DNA of 30,627 bases from Candidatus Thorarchaeota archaeon (GTDB lineage: Archaea > Asgardarchaeota > Thorarchaeia > Thorarchaeales > Thorarchaeaceae), in assembly GCA_016933575.1 (NCBI GenBank), contig JAFGAR010000076.1, positions 1-30,627 of the forward strand. Direction: 5' to 3'. The position numbers and the translations under genes were made by a program. Below are positions 8,335 through 16,414 of this stretch, piece after piece (the first letter of the stretch is position 1; each line of letters begins with the position of its first letter). The notes beneath the pieces are model-generated. The model saw only the letters and a program-made list of their open reading frames with translations. It had not been told where the DNA came from and did not search any database.

Positions 8335-9426
8335 TCACTCAATTGCTCTCTTATAGACATCCTCAATGAGTCCAATCTGATTGTGCCATGAGTATTGTTC
8401 TTCGACCTTCTTTCTACATCGCATACCCATGGACCGTCTGAGCTTCTTGTCTTCTGATAGTAGTCTCATAGCATCAATGACCGCATCAGCATTATCTGGT
8501 TCAACTAAAACCCCCTCATCATCTCCAAGTAGTTTAATCGTTTCACCAATTGCTGTAGTAATCACCGGAAGTCCACAGCTCATTGCTTCCATTACGCTGA
8601 GACCAAGTCCCCCAATATTCTGTGGGATGACAAATGCATCCATCCTTTGAAGAACTGCTGGTATCTTATCATGATCTATAACACCTAACCATCGAAGCGA
8701 TCCATCATTCACACAATCATCAAGCTGGTGTTTGAGCATGCCATCTCCAATGATGGTAAGTCTTGTATTCGGGTTCTCATGATGATATTTTTGATATGCT
8801 TCAAGTAGGAGATGAACTCCCTTATCGTAGCTTAAGCGACCTACATAGACAAAATCGACTATGCCATCATCTATCTGGGCACTGCTATTTGGTCTAAATA
8901 GAGTAGTATCCACCCCATTTCGAATAACAGTCAAATTTTCTCTTGAAAATCCGCTTCTCTCAAAGTATGGTTTTTGCGAAGGGTCTACAAGGATTACTTC
9001 ATCGTATTTCTTACTGGCAAAGAGAGACGCCTTCCAGGCTATACCAAAGAGTGTAGTGTATAAAGATCCACCTGCTGCGTAGGCAAGATGGTATGTGACA
9101 ACGAGGGGCGGTAATGATTTCTTATAATATGGAAGGAAAAACTCTGTACTCCCAGAATTCATCTGAATGTGGAGTACCCGAATATCATGTTTATGACACA
9201 GTTCTGCTATCAATTTTGGCGATGAGATTGAATCCAATGAGAAATGTGGATTCAGTTGGATTGCCCTAAATCTGTGGATATGGTCTTCAGGCAATCCCTC
9301 CACAGTCTTAGACTGGGTTAGTGCATGTACCTCATGCCCTCGACTGACCAGACCCGAGAGGACTGCATTTGCTCTAATACAGAGGCCATCTGGAGCTCCA
9401 AACTTGCTGACCATGCCAATCCTCAT
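8335..9426 (-). CDS. Glycosyltransferase family 4 (GT-B)
   Basis: VIRNGVD, YVGRLSYDKG and GLSVMEAMSCGLPVITT motifs. Confidence 0.92.
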   Translation of the reverse strand: MRIGMVSKFGAPDGLCIRANAVLSGLVSRGHEVHALTQSKTVEGLPEDHIHRFRAIQLNPHFSLDSISSPKLIAELCHKHDIRVLHIQMNSGSTEFFLPYYKKSLPPLVVTYHLAYAAGGSLYTTLFGIAWKASLFASKKYDEVILVDPSQKPYFERSGFSRENLTVIRNGVDTTLFRPNSSAQIDDGIVDFVYVGRLSYDKGVHLLLEAYQKYHHENPNTRLTIIGDGMLKHQLDDCVNDGSLRWLGVIDHDKIPAVLQRMDAFVIPQNIGGLGLSVMEAMSCGLPVITTAIGETIKLLGDDEGVLVEPDNADAVIDAMRLLSEDKKLRRSMGMRCRKKVEEQYSWHNQIGLIEDVYKRAIE

Positions 9427-9488
9427 TTATCATCACACTAACAATGAACGATTCAATTTCACCTGCTTTTAACGTCTTCCGATGAAGA

Positions 9489-10136
9489 CTAATCCGCTAA
9501 CTCTGATGAAGGACATAGATTACTTATTACGCATTCAGAACATCTGGGTCTAGATGATTTGCAGGTTCTTCTTCCATGTGCTCCAATCAGCCGGGCATAA
9601 TCAATCCACTTGTCTTTTGGTAGCAGCGTAATTAGATCCTTCTCGATTTTGTCTGCCTTTTTATCATGTTTACTGAAACCTAGTCTGACGGTCACCCTCA
9701 TGATGTGAGTGTCCACAATTACTCCTTCAGCCAATCCAAATACTACCTGAAGGACCACATTAGCTGTCTTTCTACTGACACCTGGAAATGTGACGAGTGC
9801 TTCCATGGTCTTTGGAATCGTACCGCCAAAATCTGCATCAATCATTCTCGCGGTCTCAATGATATACGAAGTCTTTCGATTATATGCCCCACAAGGTTTG
9901 ATAATCATAGCAACATCCTCAGCATTTGCTTTGGCTAGACTCTTCGGATCTGGATATTTTCCAAAGAGTTCCGGCGTGACCTTATTCACTCCAGCATCTG
10001 TTGCACGAGCAGAAAGAATAGTTGCAATAGTCATCTCAAAGGGATTGCTGAACATTAGGTATGTCTTTGGAGCATCCGGGTATGCCTTGTCAAGTTTCCG
10101 AAGAATCTCAAGTGCTCTCTTTTTGTCTTCGCTCAT
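9489..10136 (-). CDS. nth: Endonuclease III
   Basis: ATILSA, HhH PGVSRKTANVV (catalytic Lys), VDTH and C-terminal Cx6Cx2Cx5C [4Fe-4S] motif. Start taken at ATG 10136 (MSEDKK). Confidence 0.93.
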   Translation of the reverse strand: MSEDKKRALEILRKLDKAYPDAPKTYLMFSNPFEMTIATILSARATDAGVNKVTPELFGKYPDPKSLAKANAEDVAMIIKPCGAYNRKTSYIIETARMIDADFGGTIPKTMEALVTFPGVSRKTANVVLQVVFGLAEGVIVDTHIMRVTVRLGFSKHDKKADKIEKDLITLLPKDKWIDYARLIGAHGRRTCKSSRPRCSECVISNLCPSSELAD

Positions 10137-10173
10137 ATTCACACCTTTGACCTGTATCAATTCGCTATCTGTT

Positions 10174-11610
10174 CTAATTACCAACCTGCGCCTCTTGATT
10201 AATGTGACCTTTCACTGTTAAGTCATAGCGAGCAATTGCTCCAAGAATCAAAATATTGAGAATAAAAACACCAACGAATAGGTACAAAATATTCGTTGCT
10301 TCAGATATAATTCCACCAATTAAGGGACCTAATGACGATGAGAGCCAGACTACAAACCAAAATAGACTTAGAATCTTTGAAGTATCCTGACTTGGAAGTC
10401 TCTTTCGGATAAGAACCAATACGATAGTATACCATAACGTATCGTTAACATATTTGAGGACTACCGCAAGAAACGAGGTCTTGAAAATCACACCAAGCCC
10501 CGGGATCAGTGCATTTGCCGCTAACGAATACCCGGGTAACCAATCTGGAACCCAGTACGCAATAATCAAAAGAGCTGCTGAGATCGGCATCATTGCATAA
10601 ACAAGGAGAGCTGTGGACTTCACACCCTTCCTATCAGTAAGTCTTCCGATTTTCAAGAGAACTGGGACTTGTATCAAGAGAGTTACAATTAACATGATAA
10701 CCATTGAAGGAATATCGATGTAAAGTTCCTCGTACATATAGATCAAAGCACCCAATTTGAAGAATGAATCGCTTATACTATCAAAGATACATACTATCAT
10801 CATTCCCGGGATTACAGTCATAAGGAACTTCAGTGCTCGTTTGTTATCCTCGATAAAAGTTCTCCAAAGCTTTGTGCCTGCTTCTCTCCTATTTTGTTCG
10901 ACACCTTTAAGATATACAGCACGAAGCAGTGTAGAGAACAGGAGTAGAACGCCACCAATGAGATGGAGCAATCGAAATGCCTCGAACTGCATAAATGGAT
11001 ACAGAACCCCAAAGACAAAGAGCGTAATAATTGACAAGACTCTTCCTGCAGTAAATAGTGAAAGAGCTAGTCCACTATGCTCACGAGGAATATTGTCCAT
11101 AATATATGCTGTGGATCCACCTTTGGTAATCTCAATAGAGGCATTGATTGTAAGAGCAATAAATATCAGAATGGGATCGATGAATATCCCAATCATCAAA
11201 TAGTACACAGCCATGAAAAGCATCGATAGAACAGCTAGATCCTTCCGATTTGCTCTATCTCCTACATAACCTCCAAAAAACCGAGCGATTGTTGATACTA
11301 CAGAAGTTATCGAGCCAATTGCACCAATAATTATCAGACCTAGGTCTAGATTCCAAAGATAGAGGTTGAAGAAGCTACTAAGATAAACAAATGCATTGAA
11401 TATCCAAGAAGTTGCAAGATATACTCTGTAATTTTCCCATGAAAAAACAGCACTTAATGATTCGCGGAGTCCAGTTATCTGTTCTGATATTTCTTCGGAT
11501 TCAATGTGGTCCAAATCTTCGGAGTCTGGATGGGTCCTAATCTCTCTATCAATGGCATCTCTTTCCAATATATCTTCACTCCACACGCCATCCTTTTGAA
11601 CCACTTTCAT
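10174..11610 (-). CDS. MFS transporter with acidic N-terminal extension
   Basis: About 12 hydrophobic segments; motif A-like GGYVGDRANRK and GRLTDRKGVK. Start uncertain (11610-11631). Confidence 0.88.
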   Translation of the reverse strand: MKVVQKDGVWSEDILERDAIDREIRTHPDSEDLDHIESEEISEQITGLRESLSAVFSWENYRVYLATSWIFNAFVYLSSFFNLYLWNLDLGLIIIGAIGSITSVVSTIARFFGGYVGDRANRKDLAVLSMLFMAVYYLMIGIFIDPILIFIALTINASIEITKGGSTAYIMDNIPREHSGLALSLFTAGRVLSIITLFVFGVLYPFMQFEAFRLLHLIGGVLLLFSTLLRAVYLKGVEQNRREAGTKLWRTFIEDNKRALKFLMTVIPGMMIVCIFDSISDSFFKLGALIYMYEELYIDIPSMVIMLIVTLLIQVPVLLKIGRLTDRKGVKSTALLVYAMMPISAALLIIAYWVPDWLPGYSLAANALIPGLGVIFKTSFLAVVLKYVNDTLWYTIVLVLIRKRLPSQDTSKILSLFWFVVWLSSSLGPLIGGIISEATNILYLFVGVFILNILILGAIARYDLTVKGHINQEAQVGN

Positions 11611-11649
11611 TATTACTTTCTCTCCGAACAAGACTGTTCTACATCACAG

Positions 11650-11675
11650 ATGATTTCCCTCTTGGAGGAAATCAT
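11650..11675. promoter_or_regulatory. 9-bp inverted repeat upstream of the MFS gene (terminator, attenuator or operator)
   Basis: ATGATTTCC-N8-GGAAATCAT. Confidence 0.45.
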
Positions 11676-11797
11676 TGACGAACTATGAGTATTGTTCGAA
11701 GCTATTTAGTTTCCTTTTCTAATCTCATCTACCATTCACTTGTCCGGAGAACTCGATCTCCCAGACGAGTGGTATTCGTATTCGTCCTACTGAGTGA

Positions 11798-12049
11798 TCA
11801 CGATTCGAACACAAGCACCTTGACCTCCCCATCAGCAGTGGGAACAGCCATTAGTTTGTGGGTGCATATGTCAGCAGTAATCACTAGGCACTCAGGTGGG
11901 GCATTGGCTGTCATGAGATTCTTAACCGCCAGCTCGAGGTTTATTGCTGTCAGTCTCACAACCTCAGAATCAGTAAATGGATCCACCTCTCGACCTGTAT
12001 CAGTAGATAGAAGGTTTCCAAGTATTGGTTCTATTCGTTCTGTTATCAT
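11798..12049 (-). CDS. 83-aa protein, Roadblock/LC7-like pattern
   Basis: ILGNLLSTDTGREV (beta-beta with G), a helix VVRLTAINLELAVKNL, then strands ECLVITA, KLMAVPT and VKVLVFE. The CDS is plausible; the fold is inferred. Confidence 0.65.
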   Translation of the reverse strand: MITERIEPILGNLLSTDTGREVDPFTDSEVVRLTAINLELAVKNLMTANAPPECLVITADICTHKLMAVPTADGEVKVLVFES

Positions 12050-12093
12050 TCGTTTCTTTTCTCCATTTTTTCTTTGCGGCTTCTCCGCTTCAT
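12046..12093 (-). CDS. Candidate 15-aa basic peptide MKRRSRKEKMEKRNE
   Basis: ATG at 12093; its TGA overlaps the ATG of the 83-aa ORF (ATGA). Confidence 0.25.
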   Translation of the reverse strand: MKRRSRKEKMEKRNE

Positions 12094-12097
12094 TTGA

Positions 12098-12139
12098 TTA
12101 CCAGGGCTCTGGGAATTCTTCTTGGGGGGCTTTTTTCAT
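12098..12139 (-). CDS. Candidate 13-aa peptide MKKAPQEEFPEPW
   Basis: ATG overlaps the TGA of the preceding 44-aa ORF (ATGA); next ATG lies 4 nt after its TAA. Confidence 0.25.
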   Translation of the reverse strand: MKKAPQEEFPEPW

Positions 12140-12270
12140 TCTAGTTTCTCTCCGTTTGTTTCTTTGTTCTCTTTCTTTCTCGCGAAAGGTTGGCGAATTG
12201 CTCCTTCGATCGCTCTTGAGAAGCCATCTTGGGATTCTATACGCCGAATTCTCTGTTTTGTTTCTCTCAT
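12136..12270 (-). CDS. Candidate 44-aa charged peptide (MRETKQRIRR...EKLE)
   Basis: ATGA overlaps at both ends. Confidence 0.35.
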   Translation of the reverse strand: MRETKQRIRRIESQDGFSRAIEGAIRQPFARKKENKETNGEKLE

Positions 12271-12410
12271 TGAACTCTCACACTGCAGAGAATTGCTAAG
12301 AATCCCATACCAACCAATGTCCAGCAATGCCGGATCTCAAAGCGAAGTTCATCCACAAGGATCTGTGTTGATATCCACTTGTTCTCTCTAGTTTCCACTA
12401 GAATGGACAA
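12267..12410 (-). CDS. Candidate 47-aa peptide with C-terminal hydrophobic segment
   Basis: TTG start overlaps the end of the upstream ORF; MSILVETRENKWISTQILVDELRFEIRHCWTLVGMGFLAILCSVRVQ. Confidence 0.35.
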   Translation of the reverse strand: MSILVETRENKWISTQILVDELRFEIRHCWTLVGMGFLAILCSVRVQ

Positions 12411-12544
12411 GGATCTTCACAGGGTGGGGGAACTACGGTTGAGATACCGCGCACGACACCAATTGATAACAACTCCAATGCGGCACGATTCTTAGTCATG
12501 CTCTCGTAGAGAGTTCGTATCCGGTTAGTGCTGATCGCTTTCAC
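12398..12544 (-). CDS. Candidate 33-48-aa peptide ending PPPCEDPCPF
   Basis: Perfect SD AAGGAGGTGA at 12541-12550 (minus strand). In-frame starts: GTG 12544, ATC 12535 (best SD spacing) or ATG 12499. Confidence 0.45.
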   Translation of the reverse strand: MKAISTNRIRTLYESMTKNRAALELLSIGVVRGISTVVPPPCEDPCPF

Positions 12545-12640
12545 CTCCTTTCTTGCTGAACATATTGTGATATGGTGGACACACTGATTTTTACTCTAGC
12601 CCATGCGACCTGAATGACCTTATGTAACATAGTCGGCCGC

Positions 12641-12716
12641 CTGCCTCTGACTAGATAGGTAGGATGCTCTGATCTAACTAGGTCAGTATCATCTAACCTA
12701 TGAGCTCAGTCTGCAG
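12641..12716. repeat. Long imperfect inverted repeat (hairpin)
   Basis: Nested pairings CTGC/GCAG, CTGA/TCAG, ATAGGT/ACCTAT and CTGATCT/AGGTCAG around loop AACT. Confidence 0.5.
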
Positions 12717-12846
12717 TGTGAATCCAGTTTCATAATTACCCAATCTGACATAATAAGGGAGTGGTGTGCGGATAGATTTACTAGAATCAAGTCTTACAGC
12801 CATTTGAAGGCTCATCTTTTTTCTATGTTCAGAGTATCATATCAGA

Positions 12847-12868
12847 ATATTACAAGTGTAATATAAAG
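12847..12868. promoter_or_regulatory. Perfect 8-2-8 palindrome overlapping a TATA-like box
   Basis: ATATTACA-AG-TGTAATAT (12847-12864) runs into TATAAAG (12862-12868), about 65 nt upstream of the regulator ATG. Confidence 0.55.
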
Positions 12869-12932
12869 TGGTCTGCCAACACATTCTTATCTTAACATCT
12901 GGCCATATTATCTAGATATTAGGTGGGATATT

Positions 12933-14006
12933 ATGCGACGCCTTGGGTCCGGAGAACTTCGGTTACTCCGTCGTTTGGCGATTGATCCATCCTTACGTCA
13001 AGCAAGTCTAGCAAAGGATTTGGAAGTATCACGATCAGCAGTGAATCAAATATGGCAGAATCTAGAAAGTGAGAATGGATTAAGAATCCGCGGTAACATC
13101 GACTTTGGAAAGACAGGTCTTCAGATGATCTTTGGGTGGGCATACTCCAAAGAAGGTTCTGATGTATTGATGAAGTTTAGTAGGTGGCTTAGCTCAAGTA
13201 GACTAGTCACAAGGTCAATAAATTCACTGATATCATCTACTTTTGATACAAGAGTATATTTCGAAGCAATGCTCCCTGATGATGACCAGGCATCATGGTT
13301 CAATAACCAGATTGAGCGCTTCAGGAAAAAGCCCTACTCTCTCAATATTTACACAAACAAGTGTTCAAAAATTTCAAACCATATGAATCTTGGAATTTTT
13401 GATGGTGCGTTTTGGAATTTTCCTGAGAATTTTAGACTGGAAGCTTCCTTTGGTGCAGCCCGAGGATATGTTGACATTCTTCCTGTTGTTGGCACAGTAA
13501 ATCAAAGCCCATTGGTGCGACTGAATCTTGATGAACTCATAGTTGCATCAGCAATTGAAAAGGACTATTTTACAACCGCCAGTAAACTCTCGGAATACTA
13601 CAAGAAAATTGGAGTACAACCTGATTCTCCTCGCACTCTTCGTAGGAAACTTGCAAGAGTCAGAAGTCAACTTGCAAGTCCATATGTTGATATCGATAGT
13701 GTGGGTCTAGACCAAACCTTGTTGGTAACGATCTATGATAAGGCTCCAGAAGAGTCTCCATTTTCGCGTGTCCTTCATGCTCAGGCTAGTACGTTTCCGA
13801 AGGCACGAGTCACTTCAGGGCTTCATTTGACTATGCTTGAACTTGATATCCCTGAGAGTGTTGAATGGCTTACTGTTTCACAGGTCATGTCCGGGCTTGC
13901 TGGCACTTCATCAGAGACATGTACATTTATAGCCAACCGCAACGAAAAGAGAAATCGACTTGAGAGTGTGGTGTCTTACCTAGCATCACGTACGCCCTCT
14001 GGATGA
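12933..14006 (+). CDS. Winged-HTH / Lrp-AsnC-like regulator with duplicated HTH architecture
   Basis: N-terminal HTH QASLAKDLEVSRSAVNQIWQNLE; second HTH-like segment ASKLSEYY...RTLRRKLARV. Confidence 0.75.
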   Translation: MRRLGSGELRLLRRLAIDPSLRQASLAKDLEVSRSAVNQIWQNLESENGLRIRGNIDFGKTGLQMIFGWAYSKEGSDVLMKFSRWLSSSRLVTRSINSLISSTFDTRVYFEAMLPDDDQASWFNNQIERFRKKPYSLNIYTNKCSKISNHMNLGIFDGAFWNFPENFRLEASFGAARGYVDILPVVGTVNQSPLVRLNLDELIVASAIEKDYFTTASKLSEYYKKIGVQPDSPRTLRRKLARVRSQLASPYVDIDSVGLDQTLLVTIYDKAPEESPFSRVLHAQASTFPKARVTSGLHLTMLELDIPESVEWLTVSQVMSGLAGTSSETCTFIANRNEKRNRLESVVSYLASRTPSG

Positions 14007-14018
14007 AGTCATCCGGCG

Positions 14019-15485
14019 TTGAAAAGTTTGAATAGAACGGGATCTGGCCCTGAAAAGACGGAATATATCTCCAGTCGATATCAGGACTCCTTTCATACAA
14101 GTTATGATGACTTATTACCAGTTGTCGAAGAGCCCGCTGTACAATTCTATCTTGATGCAATGAGAATATACCTTGGTCTCTGTGAAGGCTCTATAACAAT
14201 GGAAGCAGCGATCAATGCAGTTGATATTCTGAAGCAGAATCCTGAGTACACATCATGCCCAACTAATCCCATATACATTCCAATTAACCAACGGTACAAG
14301 ACAAAGATACTGGAAAACCTCAAGACTCTGAATAAATTCAACTTATTCACAAAGAGTGCTATTAGATCAGCATACAATTTTGTCTTTTTGGCTGAACAAG
14401 CCCCAATCAATGATTCCGATCTTTCTGTATTGATGACTCTATCAAAAGATCCATTGATTTCCTTAGTTGATGCCTCAAGTATTCTAAATCTTGCACCAAG
14501 AACAATTGCTCGTTCAATAGAGCGCTTACGAGAACGGCACCAATTTCGTGTATCGAATCTTCTCGATGAATCTGCTTTTAATCTTCAATCCGTAGTGCTG
14601 TTCTTTGAAGTCCGTGATGGAATCGAATGGGACTCTATTGAAAATGGATTCAATCATTATCCGTATGTTAAAAGTATCCTGAAAACAACAATGACTGATA
14701 TTGGATACGCATCATTTCTAATCCCTAATTTTAACCAAAATGAATCATTATTTGTCAATTCAATAAAATCACTTTCAAAGGCTGTCTTCGAATATTCCAG
14801 TCTTCATAAACAAATGCAAATGGGTGCGGTAGCCAATCCGGAATTGTTTGATGGGGAAAGCTGGACATTACCAGAAAATCTAGAAAATATGCTTATCATG
14901 GATAGAGCTGTGAATCCTGAGAACTACCCTCCCCTTCTCAGTTGTTCTGGAACCAAACCCGAATTTAGCAAGGAAGATTTAGCCATAGCTCAGCACTTGA
15001 AACTGGATGCAAGAACATCTCCTAGCAAAATGAGTGATTCTCTGAATATGGGTGGGTGGAATATTGATTCACGAAAGGTTTCTTCTGTTATACGCAGAAT
15101 GCAACAACGAAATCTGATTCTTCCTTACATCATATTCACTTTACCAAAGCTATCTTCAAACTTTTGTTTTGAAATTACTTGCAATAATGACTGCAGATAT
15201 AGAATTCTTGAAACAATTGCTAAGTTTCCTTGGGCTATGTATTATCTCTCTGACCGTGGTATCATCGTATGGACAATGGTTCCTGGTGAGCATCAAGTTG
15301 ATTACTATCAGCTATTTAGAGCCCTCGAACAAAGACCTGGCATAAACGCTGTGCATCCAATTATGACCATCTCTCCAAAGGGCTCTCGATCCCTGATTAA
15401 TGTACTCAAGAATATAAGTTATGAGTCAGGAGTATGGTCTCTAGAACCAGACATCCTTGATATTACTGAGTATTTTGAAATTTGA
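14019..15485 (+). CDS. Large Lrp/AsnC-like regulator with an extra N-terminal domain and two HTH modules
   Basis: DLSVLMTLSKDPLISLVDASSILNLAPRTIARSIERL and DLAIAQHLKLDARTSPSKMS...RKVSSVIRRM. Start uncertain. Confidence 0.78.
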   Translation: MKSLNRTGSGPEKTEYISSRYQDSFHTSYDDLLPVVEEPAVQFYLDAMRIYLGLCEGSITMEAAINAVDILKQNPEYTSCPTNPIYIPINQRYKTKILENLKTLNKFNLFTKSAIRSAYNFVFLAEQAPINDSDLSVLMTLSKDPLISLVDASSILNLAPRTIARSIERLRERHQFRVSNLLDESAFNLQSVVLFFEVRDGIEWDSIENGFNHYPYVKSILKTTMTDIGYASFLIPNFNQNESLFVNSIKSLSKAVFEYSSLHKQMQMGAVANPELFDGESWTLPENLENMLIMDRAVNPENYPPLLSCSGTKPEFSKEDLAIAQHLKLDARTSPSKMSDSLNMGGWNIDSRKVSSVIRRMQQRNLILPYIIFTLPKLSSNFCFEITCNNDCRYRILETIAKFPWAMYYLSDRGIIVWTMVPGEHQVDYYQLFRALEQRPGINAVHPIMTISPKGSRSLINVLKNISYESGVWSLEPDILDITEYFEI

Positions 15486-15499
15486 GCGGCATCTACGAT

Positions 15500-16414
15500 T
15501 TAGATACACTGAATTCTTGCATGATTTATGCATTCTACTCCACTATATGTAGCCCCTTGGGGTGGTCCAAATACGATGATATCTACTCCAAGTTCCTCCA
15601 GTTGAGAGAGATACTCACACAGTTTTTCACTGGGTCCACTTATACAAAATCTATCGAGAATTTTCTGCTCTATCAAGTCTGTAACAATCGGGCTTAGTTT
15701 TCCCTCTCTTTTTAATGCCAATTTTGCGGGTTCTACATACTTGGTTAACCCAAAGTGGTTCAGCAATGATGTATTCATTCCTAATGCCACAACAGCTGCA
15801 GAAGTTCTAATACTAATATCGTTATCACACTTGGTTGAACTACTAATCAAAGCCGGTGGAAATATACCTACTCTAAATCCCTTCATACGGTCATGAATAT
15901 TGGTTATCGCCCACTGTATCATATCTAAGTCTGCATAGTTGAGAAGCACACCATCTACACATGTTGATGCTCTTAACATCTTTGAACCTTGGGCGGCAAA
16001 GAATATCCGACACTCGCTATATTCAGATAACTCCTGATGAATCTCACTTGCCATTGTCTTCATTCGCTGAACTAGACTGGTAATGTCCCCATAATCAACT
16101 CCAATATTCTTTAGTTTTGTTTTGTCTCCTGGGCCAAGAAGCAAATCAAACCTATTACCATAAAGTTCTATGAGGGTTCTCATATATCGCACAATCTGGC
16201 TTGTTGAATATATTAGTGGACTGAGGAGTCCAACCCCGATTCTACACCTTTTCGTATTTTGGGCGACTGCAGAAGCAAGCAAAGGAGACAATCGAACAGC
16301 AGGATAATCTGTAAGCCATATAGTATCTATTCCGCCTCTCTCCGCAAGTACTGCTTTTTCGACGACTTCACCAACAGATTCACGAAGATTAATCGCAATT
16401 CCCCACTCCATCAT
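15500..16414 (-). CDS. LLM-class (luciferase-like / Mer-like) flavin- or F420-dependent oxidoreductase
   Basis: AERGGIDTIWLTD, IGVGLLSP, FAAQGSKML...DGVLLN and LGVDIIVFGPPQG. Confidence 0.85.
   Translation of the reverse strand: MMEWGIAINLRESVGEVVEKAVLAERGGIDTIWLTDYPAVRLSPLLASAVAQNTKRCRIGVGLLSPLIYSTSQIVRYMRTLIELYGNRFDLLLGPGDKTKLKNIGVDYGDITSLVQRMKTMASEIHQELSEYSECRIFFAAQGSKMLRASTCVDGVLLNYADLDMIQWAITNIHDRMKGFRVGIFPPALISSSTKCDNDISIRTSAAVVALGMNTSLLNHFGLTKYVEPAKLALKREGKLSPIVTDLIEQKILDRFCISGPSEKLCEYLSQLEELGVDIIVFGPPQGATYSGVECINHARIQCI

Noticed and set aside
12136-12378. Possible selenoprotein via in-frame TGAs (DPCG-TGA...TGA) upstream of ORF 12136..12327
   Set aside because: Needs two read-throughs, resembles no selenoprotein family I recognise, and no convincing SECIS was found.
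11685-12391. Plus-strand ORFs 11685..12299 (204 aa) and 12122..12391
   Set aside because: Ser/Phe/Leu-rich shadow of the purine-rich minus strand; antisense to the 83-aa gene and SD-led array.
12655-12701. SECIS-like reading of the hairpin (ATGA on the minus strand)
   Set aside because: No properly placed GA quartet partner or apical AA, and it lies upstream of the ORFs.
14003-14035. 10-aa ORF (MKSSGVEKFE) overlapping the first regulator's stop; possible frameshift into the second regulator
   Set aside because: No slippery site evident, and an in-frame TTG at 14019 suffices.
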